From contig JBLHQF010000001.1 in assembly GCA_047624885.1 (NCBI GenBank), positions 1-53,106 of the forward strand: a stretch of DNA of 53,106 bases, read 5' to 3'. The position numbers and the translations under genes are program-made. The stretch's first letter is position 1, and every line of letters starts with the position of its first letter. Shown here in pieces: positions 45,439-53,106 of this stretch. Origin of the DNA: Cryomorphaceae bacterium (GTDB taxonomy: Bacteria > Verrucomicrobiota > Verrucomicrobiia > Verrucomicrobiales > Akkermansiaceae). The notes beneath the pieces were generated by a model that saw only the letters and a program-made list of their open reading frames with translations, ran no database searches and had not been told where the DNA came from.

Positions 45439-46485
45439 ATGGAAGCCACTTCGGAACAGATCAAATCCTCTATCAAGTTCATCGCTAAATCGCTCGGTTT
45501 CAGTGACTGTAGGATAGCGCGGGTGAAACCAGCCACGCATGGGAAGCGCTTTCAGGAATGGGTGGATGCTGGGACTGCAGGCGACATGAAATGGATGGAG
45601 AAGAATGTGTCCCGCCGGCTGAACCCTGCCGAAGTGCTGGAAGGTGCTAAATCGATGGTGTGCATGGCGCTGAATTATTATCCTGGCGAGCATGATCCTA
45701 AAGATGGAATCGATTACAGCATTGCGCGGTATTCCTGGAATGAGGATTATCATGATATTATAGAGGAGAAACTGCGGGACATGAACTTGGCGATGGAGGA
45801 GCTCGGTGGCACGCAGAGGTTTTATGTGGATACGGGGCCGATCCTAGAGCGGGACTTCGCAACGGATGCGGGGCTGGGCTGGAATGGGAAATCTACGGTG
45901 CAGATTCACAAGTCACTAGGGACCTGGACATTTCTGTGTGAGCTGATCACTACCTTAGATTTAGAGCCAGACAAGCCGCTGAGCGATCATTGTGGAAAAT
46001 GCACCCGCTGCATAGACTACTGCCCCACTCAGGCAATCACTGGCCCGCGCAAGATGGATGCCCGCCGCTGTATCTCCTACCTGACGATAGAGCATAAAGG
46101 GAGTATCCCGCTGGAGCTTCGCCCGCTGATGGGTGATAAAATCTATGGTTGTGATGTTTGTCTGGAGGTGTGCCCGTGGAATAGGTTTGCGAAGTTGAGT
46201 AGGGAAACGAAACTGCATGCCAAGGCTGAAATTTTCCAGCATTCGCTGAGAGATTTCCTGGCATTTACCGATGAGGATTTCCGACGAGTCTTCGCCAAGT
46301 CCCCTATTAAGCGGATCAAACGCACGCATTTCTTGAGGAACGTGTGTGTGGCGGTGGGTAACCGGGCGAATGTTGATGATCTCGGGGCATTGGAAAATTT
46401 GCTTCTAACAGAATCTGAGCCGCTCATTCGTGAGCATGCTGAGTGGGCTGTGGATGAGATTAAACAGGCTACTAATGCAGGTTAA
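45439..46485 (+). CDS. queG: Epoxyqueuosine reductase
   Basis: IARYSWNEDYH, VDTGPILER, CGKCTRCIDYCPT, CISYLTIE, GCDVCLEVCPWN; start moved to ATG 45439. Confidence 0.94.
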   Translation: MEATSEQIKSSIKFIAKSLGFSDCRIARVKPATHGKRFQEWVDAGTAGDMKWMEKNVSRRLNPAEVLEGAKSMVCMALNYYPGEHDPKDGIDYSIARYSWNEDYHDIIEEKLRDMNLAMEELGGTQRFYVDTGPILERDFATDAGLGWNGKSTVQIHKSLGTWTFLCELITTLDLEPDKPLSDHCGKCTRCIDYCPTQAITGPRKMDARRCISYLTIEHKGSIPLELRPLMGDKIYGCDVCLEVCPWNRFAKLSRETKLHAKAEIFQHSLRDFLAFTDEDFRRVFAKSPIKRIKRTHFLRNVCVAVGNRANVDDLGALENLLLTESEPLIREHAEWAVDEIKQATNAG

Positions 46486-46534
46486 AGTAGTATTTTCTTG
46501 AGAGTGTGTTTTTATCTGAGGGGTTTTAGGTACA

Positions 46535-46605
46535 GTGGAAGCGACACTCTGTCGCTCTACCCTCTCTTCATCAATGATTGCATAGCGACAGGGTGTCGCT
46601 TCTAC
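46535..46605. repeat. Inverted pair of GTRG-type REP-like palindromes (REPIN-like)
   Basis: GTGGAAGCGACACTCTGTCGCT (46535-46556) and rev-comp GTAGAAGCGACACCCTGTCGCT (46584-46605), each with an internal AGCGACA/TGTCGCT hairpin. Confidence 0.75.
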
Positions 46606-46726
46606 GTGTCAAAACATCAGTTAGAATCCTCCCCCTTGAGAGAATAAAGCTTGTGGTTTCTGAGGGATAACTTCAGCATTTAGGTGACTGCCAATGCCGG
46701 CTAGTCATTAAAAATGAATCATCATT

Positions 46727-47947
46727 ATGCGATTAACTATTCTTTCCAGAGCGCCGCTATGCTATTCTACTCGACGACTTGTCGAAGCGGCTACTAATAG
46801 AGGCCACAAGGTTTGTATCCAAGATCCGTTACGCTTTGCCATCGATATGGATGAGGGCGAACCAGACCTTCTCTACCGGGGCAAAAGCATCGCTGATACG
46901 GATGCTATCTTGCCACGTATCGGTACTTCAATCACGCGTTACGGCACTACTGTGGTGCGTCAGTTCGAGCAGATGGATGTCTACACGCCGAACACATCCA
47001 GCGGGATTTCTAACTCGCGCGATAAGCTGAGGAGTTTGCAGATATTATCACGTCATGAAATAGGCATCCCACGGACCGCCTATGTGAGTGATAAAAGTGA
47101 TGTTGAAGATGCCATCAAGCGTGTGGGTGGAACACCCGTTATTATCAAGCTCATTGAGGGAACCCAGGGTGTTGGCGTTATTTTGGCAGATAAGCCGGAG
47201 ATAGCAAAGGCGATCATTGAGACGCTCCACAGTGCGAACCAGAACGTGCTGATCCAGAAATTTGTGGCCGAGAGTAAGGGTAAGGATGTCCGTGCCTTTG
47301 TGATCAATGACCGTGTGGTGGGTGCAATCCGACGGACTGCTCAGGGGCAAGAATTTCGCAGTAATGTGCACCGTGGTGGTGTGGCCACCTCGATCGATCT
47401 CGATCCAGCGTATGAGAAAGCTGCGGTGAGAGCGGCTCAAATCATGGGGCTAAAGGTCTGTGGTGTGGATATGCTAGAAGGAGCCAATGGTCCACAGATC
47501 ATGGAGATTAACTCATCACCAGGCTTGGAGGGAATTGAGGGTGCTACTGGACTCGATATCGCTGGTGAGGTGATTGATTTCATTTGTGATCAAGCGAACT
47601 TACCCGACATAGACCTCCGCCAGAGACTCACGGTGAGCCATAGCTATGGAGTCACGGACATCAGTATTTCAGAAGGTAGTATTTTCATCGGTCAGACGAT
47701 AGAGCAAACAGGGCTCCGCGAAGAAGATGTGGTAGTGCTGACGCTGAAGCGCGGCGAGCAAGTGATCTCTAACCCTAAATCATCACGGGTGTTAGAAGCG
47801 CAGGACACGTTACTTTGCTACGGAAAAATCAAGAACATGCAGAAAATGATCACTGATAAACCAAAGCGCAGACGCAAGCTCAGTCCCCTGCCCTCCACAC
47901 CAGTGACTGATGGAACAACACACGATGAACAACAATTTAATGAATAA
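46727..47947 (+). CDS. rimK: RimK-family alpha-L-glutamate ligase with C-terminal TrkA-C/RCK_C domain
   Basis: YSTRRLVEAA, SRDKLRSLQILS, EGTQGVGV, FRSNVHRGG, EINSSPGLEGIE; C-terminal GLRE..VVVLTLKRG...NP. Confidence 0.88.
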   Translation: MRLTILSRAPLCYSTRRLVEAATNRGHKVCIQDPLRFAIDMDEGEPDLLYRGKSIADTDAILPRIGTSITRYGTTVVRQFEQMDVYTPNTSSGISNSRDKLRSLQILSRHEIGIPRTAYVSDKSDVEDAIKRVGGTPVIIKLIEGTQGVGVILADKPEIAKAIIETLHSANQNVLIQKFVAESKGKDVRAFVINDRVVGAIRRTAQGQEFRSNVHRGGVATSIDLDPAYEKAAVRAAQIMGLKVCGVDMLEGANGPQIMEINSSPGLEGIEGATGLDIAGEVIDFICDQANLPDIDLRQRLTVSHSYGVTDISISEGSIFIGQTIEQTGLREEDVVVLTLKRGEQVISNPKSSRVLEAQDTLLCYGKIKNMQKMITDKPKRRRKLSPLPSTPVTDGTTHDEQQFNE

Positions 47948-49079
47948 TTCACCTGAAGAGCCGATTCAAGAACAACGGAGAAAAAAACGCCCGATCGGTA
48001 AGTGGGGCAAGACAATCATCAATCCCGGCGAGCGTAAACGTATCCGTCTCAAAGCGGGTGAAAGCTTTATTGGCGCGGGCGTGCATTTACCGCTGATGGT
48101 CTGGCGTGGATTAGAAGACGGTCCCGTCTTAGCGATCACCGCAGCGGTGCATGGTGATGAGATCAATGGCACCGGGGCGATCCGCAAACTGATCCAAGAA
48201 CCACCTTTTGAACTTAAACGTGGCACGCTGATCCTCGCCCCTGTCGTAAATAGCATGGGGTTTGAGCGTCACAGCCGCTACACGCCTGATCGACGAGATT
48301 TAAACCGCACATTTCCTGGGAGTAAAAAAGGTAGCCTAACAGGAAGGCTGGCTAACTTAGTCATGAAGGAGATCGTGAAGCGTAGTGACTACATCGTAGA
48401 TCTGCACACCGCAGCTGTTAGACGAACTAATTTCCCGAACGTAAGAGCTGACATGAGCAACCCAGACTGCGAGCGACTAGCAAAAGTATTCGGTGCTGAA
48501 GTCATTGTGAACAGCGCGGGGCCAGATGGATCATTCCGCAGGGAAGCGTGTAAAGCTGGCTGCCCTACCATTATTCTAGAAGCAGGCGAGGCGCTTAAAG
48601 TAGAGTCTGCCGTGCAGGATATGACTCAGCGAGGACTCACGCACATCATGGCTGAGCTGGATATGATCGACGTCACTGATGATGTTCGTCCAGAGACTTC
48701 ACCACACCAAATGATCGTCCAAGGTTCTAGCTGGGTGAGAGCTGGATACGGTGGGTTTTTGACATTTCACGTGGCTCCTGGAGACATCGTGCAGAAGGAT
48801 CAACCACTGGCGACTAACACCGAGCTCCTTGGCAAGGAGCTAGAAACGATCACTAGCCCGCATAATGGAATTGTGCTTGGGATGACCACGATGCCCGCAG
48901 TCTCACCGGGTGACCCGATTCTCCACATCGCCCTGCCAGACACGAGCAAGCAGTTCCGCTCTCTCGAAAAAAGTGTCGATACAATGGAAGATGACACCTT
49001 AGAAAACCAAGTCCGTGATGACCTGGCGACTAGCATTACCGTGGAAGAATACACCGATGCAGAAGAGGAGACTCAATAG
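47925..49079 (+). CDS. Succinylglutamate desuccinylase/aspartoacylase family (M14-like) hydrolase
   Basis: AAVHGDEING, RDLNRTFPG, DLHT, LEAGE; start uncertain (47910/47925/47940). Confidence 0.88.
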   Translation: MNNNLMNNSPEEPIQEQRRKKRPIGKWGKTIINPGERKRIRLKAGESFIGAGVHLPLMVWRGLEDGPVLAITAAVHGDEINGTGAIRKLIQEPPFELKRGTLILAPVVNSMGFERHSRYTPDRRDLNRTFPGSKKGSLTGRLANLVMKEIVKRSDYIVDLHTAAVRRTNFPNVRADMSNPDCERLAKVFGAEVIVNSAGPDGSFRREACKAGCPTIILEAGEALKVESAVQDMTQRGLTHIMAELDMIDVTDDVRPETSPHQMIVQGSSWVRAGYGGFLTFHVAPGDIVQKDQPLATNTELLGKELETITSPHNGIVLGMTTMPAVSPGDPILHIALPDTSKQFRSLEKSVDTMEDDTLENQVRDDLATSITVEEYTDAEEETQ

Positions 49080-49090
49080 CTGAGCCAAAC

Positions 49091-49129
49091 AAAAAAATCC
49101 TAGATGCCACTAATGTGAACATCTAGGAT
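49091..49129 (-). terminator. Intrinsic terminator between convergent genes
   Basis: ATCCTAGATG...CATCTAGGAT stem with A-run on left (U-run for the - strand trxB transcript). Confidence 0.75.
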
Positions 49130-49152
49130 ATTGAGATTTTAAAATAAATAAC

Positions 49153-50115
49153 CTACCCTTCAAGGTTAGCAATGTAATGCTCGGCCTCTAAAGAGGCTGC
49201 ACAGCCTAGTCCAGCGGCAGTGATGCCCTGACGGTAAACTGTGTCTGCCACGTCACCTGCGGCGTAGATGCCTGGTGTTTTAGTAGCGGTTTTTCCTGGG
49301 ATAGGAATGATGTAGCCAGACTCATCGAGATCGACGAGTTCTTTGCTAACAAAGTCTGTATTCGGGTTATGACCGATGGCCATGAATACACCTTCTACCG
49401 CTAGCTCAGACTCAGTGCCATCGACAGTGTTCTTAAGTTTCACTGCGCGGATGCGCTTGTTGTCATCGAGCACATAACCGATCACACCTGAGTTCCAGAC
49501 TGGTTCAATTTTTTCATTAGCAAGCGCACGCGCTGCCATGATTTTGGAAGCACGGAGTTCTTCACGACGGTGGATGAGATAGACTTTGCTGGCGAACTTA
49601 GTGAGGAATGTGGCCTCTTCAGCAGCGGAGTCTCCCCCACCGATAACACAGACAGGCACGTCTCTGTAGAATGCTCCATCACAGGTAGCGCATGCAGTGA
49701 GTCCAGCGCCGGATTTGACGAGTTCTTCTTCTCCCGGGAGTCCTAGGTATCTAGCAGACGCGCCAGATGCGATGATCACGGTTTTGGTTTGGTAAGTCTT
49801 CACATCGTCTGAAGAGTAGACATTGCTCGCGTGAACGGTGAATGATTTATCCGCATTCTGTTCGATACTGGTGACGGCGATTCCATTTTCCACTCTGGCA
49901 CCGAAGCGCTCAGCTTGTTGCTGCATTTTCTGCATGAGTTCTGGCCCTAAGATTCCGTCCGGGAAGCCTGGGAAGTTTTCCACATCAGTGGTGGTGGTGA
50001 GCTGTCCACCTGGCTGTGAGCCAGTGAGGATGAGCGGACTGAGATCTGCGCGTGCAGAGTAGATAGCGGCGGTGTAGCCGGCAGGGCCGGTTCCGATGAT
50101 GATTACGTTTTCCAT
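49153..50115 (-). CDS. trxB: Thioredoxin reductase
   Basis: [35 protein letters not shown]. Confidence 0.96.
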   Translation of the reverse strand: MENVIIIGTGPAGYTAAIYSARADLSPLILTGSQPGGQLTTTTDVENFPGFPDGILGPELMQKMQQQAERFGARVENGIAVTSIEQNADKSFTVHASNVYSSDDVKTYQTKTVIIASGASARYLGLPGEEELVKSGAGLTACATCDGAFYRDVPVCVIGGGDSAAEEATFLTKFASKVYLIHRREELRASKIMAARALANEKIEPVWNSGVIGYVLDDNKRIRAVKLKNTVDGTESELAVEGVFMAIGHNPNTDFVSKELVDLDESGYIIPIPGKTATKTPGIYAAGDVADTVYRQGITAAGLGCAASLEAEHYIANLEG

Positions 50116-50166
50116 GTTGTTATGAGATGATAGCTTGTGATTTATTTCGAGAAAGTTTGTCTTATT

Positions 50167-50733
50167 TCAAACAGTCATCACTTCTTTTTCTTTAGCAGCA
50201 GATGCTTCATCTACTTTCTTGCCAAATCTATCAGTAATTTCCTGTACCTCTGCCTCGAAGTCATGCTGAGAGTCTTCTGTGAGGACGTTGTCACTCTTCA
50301 TTTTCTTAGCAGCATCCATACCATCTTTTCGGCATCCACGAACACGCACCTTGATGTCTTCGCTGATATTTCTGACACGCTTGACCATTTCTTGGCGGCG
50401 CTCTTCGTTGAGTTCTGGAATGGGTAGTCTGAGGAGTTTACCTTCATTCACAGGATTGAATCCTAGCTGAGCCTCGCGGATACCGCGGTCGATGTCATTT
50501 GCTGTGCTGGGATCATGCGGCTGGATGACGATCTGTCTTGGCTCAGGTGTGCTAATGATGGCTAGGTCACGGAGTTTCATCTTCGTTCCGTAGGCTTTGA
50601 CATCGATCATGACATTCTCCACCAGCGATGGCGATGCCTTACCGGTGCGAACGGATGAGAATTCCTTATTCATGTGCTCGATGGCAGATTCCATTGCCAC
50701 TTCAATTTCTGCGATTACTTCTTTAGGTTCCAT
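50167..50733 (-). CDS. frr: Ribosome recycling factor
   Basis: VRTGKASPSL, IPELNEERRQEMVK, KEKEVMTV; follows pyrH. Confidence 0.96.
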   Translation of the reverse strand: MEPKEVIAEIEVAMESAIEHMNKEFSSVRTGKASPSLVENVMIDVKAYGTKMKLRDLAIISTPEPRQIVIQPHDPSTANDIDRGIREAQLGFNPVNEGKLLRLPIPELNEERRQEMVKRVRNISEDIKVRVRGCRKDGMDAAKKMKSDNVLTEDSQHDFEAEVQEITDRFGKKVDEASAAKEKEVMTV

Positions 50734-50798
50734 AATACTAATTTGTTAGATGTTTCTATTTCTGTTAGGTTGAGTTGTTAGAAAATGCTAGTGCCTGA

Positions 50799-51530
50799 CT
50801 ACTTTGCGTTGCTGACTACAGTGCCGATTTTTTCACCAAGGATCGCCTTAGTAATATTTCCTGGGACATTGAGGTCGAACACCATGATGGGGACATTGTT
50901 GTCCATGCAGAGTGAGAATGCGGTGGAGTCCATGACCGCTAGATGGTCGTTGATACAAGTTTCGAAATCCACTGTATCGTAACGGACTGCTGTAGGGTCT
51001 TTCTTAGGATCAGCAGTATAGACGCCATCGACCATAGTTGCTTTGAGAATTGCATTGGCGGACATTTCGCTCGCTCTCAGTGCGGCGGTAGTGTCTGTGG
51101 AGAAAAACGGGCTACCTGTTCCAGCCGCGAAGATCACCACGTAGTTCTGGCTAAGCTGCCGGGATGCCTTGCGGCGGATGAAGGGCTCGGCGACGTTTTT
51201 CATCTCGATCGCAGACTGCACGATGCAGGGCACGCCCTCGGCCTCGATGGCGGACTGGACGGCTAGAGCATTCATCACAGTGGCCATCATTCCGACGTAG
51301 TCCGCAGTGGCTCTATCCATACCACGGGCAGATGCGCTGGCACCTCTCCAGAAGTTTCCACCACCCACTACGATGGCTATTTCTATCCCTTCCTTATGGG
51401 CTGCTGAAATTTCCTTTGCGATGCGCTCGACGATCTCTGGTGAGATATTATCTTGGCTGCCTACCTCGCGCAAAGCTTCACCGCTAAGCTTGAGAACTAC
51501 TCGTTTAAATACTTTTTCTTTATCGCTCAT
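50799..51530 (-). CDS. pyrH: UMP kinase
   Basis: VVLKLSGEAL, VGGGNFWRG, GTGSPFFSTDTTAALRA; start moved to ATG 51530. Confidence 0.96.
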   Translation of the reverse strand: MSDKEKVFKRVVLKLSGEALREVGSQDNISPEIVERIAKEISAAHKEGIEIAIVVGGGNFWRGASASARGMDRATADYVGMMATVMNALAVQSAIEAEGVPCIVQSAIEMKNVAEPFIRRKASRQLSQNYVVIFAAGTGSPFFSTDTTAALRASEMSANAILKATMVDGVYTADPKKDPTAVRYDTVDFETCINDHLAVMDSTAFSLCMDNNVPIMVFDLNVPGNITKAILGEKIGTVVSNAK

Positions 51531-51612
51531 ACCGTCTGGACTAAGAGAACATTTCAACGGCTGAATTGTGAAGACAATTCGCTCGCCTGATGAAGATTTA
51601 TCTCAGCTCCCC

Positions 51613-52413
51613 TTAATCTAAGAAATGATCCAGCGCTTCGATCGCTCCCAGACTAGCTCGCTGCTTACAAATATAGCCACCCTGCTCGCGGACGTGCTGC
51701 TTCACCTCATCATCAGCATTAGCCGGACAGGCGATCATTCCCGCGTATTCCCTGCGAAGCATATCGATATCATTATGCCCGTCACCAATGGCAAACACCT
51801 GCTCCTTCTCTACCCCACAGCGTCTCGCAATCTCCGCGAGTGAGGTTCCCTTATGGTAATCCTTGTGACTCAACCTCAGATAAATAGTATTTCGCAGGTA
51901 GCCTAGATTTTTGTATTGCCCGATCTGTGCATCAATAAAGCCAACGATCTCCGCCATCTCCTCCACTGAATTCGCTATAATACCTGCGGGATCTCCCTCT
52001 TCCGTGACCCATTTCGCAGTGGTTTCGCTCTCCACATGATCACGGACGATTTTGATAAATCCCCTCGCCCTCCGATACACCTTCTGATGATCTTTATCGG
52101 AGCGTTTATTCCACTCCGCCACGGGAATCCACCTATTCAGAGCACCCGGAGTGTAGAGTTCTCGCTCGCGTGCGATGAGGAAATCTGGCAGAAATCGAAA
52201 CTTCCCCTCCATAAACCCAGATATCATCTGCATCTGTGACCGCCCAGTATTGATCCCCCACATCCAGCCTTCCTCGCGAAACTGCTGGATAACTTCGAAG
52301 AACTTAGGGTCCAGCTGAGGGTCAGACTCAGGACAGACCAGCGTCCCATCGAAATCAAACGACAGCACTCCAGTGATCTTCTCAGGCATCGGTAATGGTT
52401 GCATAGGCGGCAT
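51613..52413 (-). CDS. HAD-superfamily (Cof/SPP-like) hydrolase
   Basis: SFDFDGTL, NTGRS, HKGTSL, IGDGHNDIDM, CPANA; start uncertain. Confidence 0.85.
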   Translation of the reverse strand: MPPMQPLPMPEKITGVLSFDFDGTLVCPESDPQLDPKFFEVIQQFREEGWMWGINTGRSQMQMISGFMEGKFRFLPDFLIARERELYTPGALNRWIPVAEWNKRSDKDHQKVYRRARGFIKIVRDHVESETTAKWVTEEGDPAGIIANSVEEMAEIVGFIDAQIGQYKNLGYLRNTIYLRLSHKDYHKGTSLAEIARRCGVEKEQVFAIGDGHNDIDMLRREYAGMIACPANADDEVKQHVREQGGYICKQRASLGAIEALDHFLD

Positions 52414-52597
52414 GCGCATAGCATTAGATGCTCTACGAATGTTTAGCAACTGAGATTAATGGTTTTGACTGCTTTTATCGCCTACTTCTCTCAGGAGCTA
52501 GATATTCTCCATGATCGCGTTCAGTGTTTCGGAATGATTCATCATTACTTTGGTGGTCATCGCCTATCAGCTATTGGTTCCGGCCGTAGAACAAAGC

Positions 52598-53106
52598 TCA
52601 TTTATTTAACGGCACATTATTTAACGGTACATTATTTAGCGGTACATTATTTAGCGGTAAGTTATTGATCGGCAACTTATAGAGAGGCACGTGTGTTCCG
52701 TCCGTTACGATGAATCCACGGCCTTCGATCTCCGTGCGGGCCCGGGCACTAACACGGCCCGCTATGTAGAGGACCCGCTGCGAGATCGTCACCTGTGGCT
52801 GGTAAGCAGCCAATGCCGCCGAGAGGCGATCGGCTTCTGGTGACCAAGAGCCGTAGTCGACCGCTAGAGGAATCACGAGAGCGTTGTTCTCAGCATGAAT
52901 AGCAGGTAGTCCAAAAAGGCTGAGGACACGCTTGCCGGGGGAAATTTTCTCGTGGTAAGATGCCATCATAGAGATGCTGTTGACGAAGTAAGCAACCTCG
53001 GCGGCATCCCGAGAGGTAGCTACCATCTTAAGATAGTCCTCGATGCCGGGAACCGGACCAAGACGGGCGAGGTTCCTGGTCAACTCGGTCTGCTGGGAGG
53101 GGGTGA
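52598..53106 (-). CDS. 3' part of a hypothetical protein (frame open to the window edge)
   Basis: No stop upstream of 53083 within the window; C-terminal pentapeptide repeats. Confidence 0.6.
   Translation of the reverse strand, partial: TPSQQTELTRNLARLGPVPGIEDYLKMVATSRDAAEVAYFVNSISMMASYHEKISPGKRVLSLFGLPAIHAENNALVIPLAVDYGSWSPEADRLSAALAAYQPQVTISQRVLYIAGRVSARARTEIEGRGFIVTDGTHVPLYKLPINNLPLNNVPLNNVPLNNVPLNK
52602..52691. repeat. 15-bp tandem repeat (~4 good + 2 degenerate units) encoding (V/L)PLNN
   Basis: ttatttaacggcaca / ttatttaacggtaca / ttatttagcggtaca / ttatttagcggtaag / ttattgatcggcaac. Confidence 0.85.

Noticed and set aside
226-52668. The many short antisense or alternate-frame ORFs in the six-frame track
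   Set aside because: They lie within well-supported genes and show no motifs; shadow ORFs

Overview
Bacterial window, probably Verrucomicrobiales (an impression from the core genes, not verified). Bases ~45,200-53,106 are ordinary core genome: tRNA-Tyr, queG, RimK-like ligase, AstE/AspA-like hydrolase, trxB, frr, pyrH and a HAD hydrolase. Bases 1-~44,800 are a mosaic, pseudogene-rich accessory region lying 3' of tRNA-Tyr. Its unifying signal is a 16-bp quasi-palindrome, TGGGGT-N4-(ACCCCA/CCCTAC), which I found by eye 14 times, always at a promoter position and never in the core part. In most copies it lies 22-23 nt upstream of a -10-like hexamer and abuts a -35-like hexamer, as in class II activation. 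One copy sits in the divergent promoter of ackA and a soluble RsbU_N-like/HisKA_3 kinase plus NarL-type regulator, which suggests autoregulation. Genes behind the boxes encode fermentation enzymes (xfp, ackA, ldhA, gpmA, ppsA), trehalose and glycogen enzymes, two tandem-USP proteins, a Balon/baeRF-like ribosome factor, an RbbA ABC system, YeeE/YedE transporters and further kinases. I infer a DosR/NreC-like hypoxia-dormancy regulon concentrated in one island. Several operons appear to have joined the regulon by duplication of a box-containing promoter together with the first codons of another regulon gene (promoter capture).
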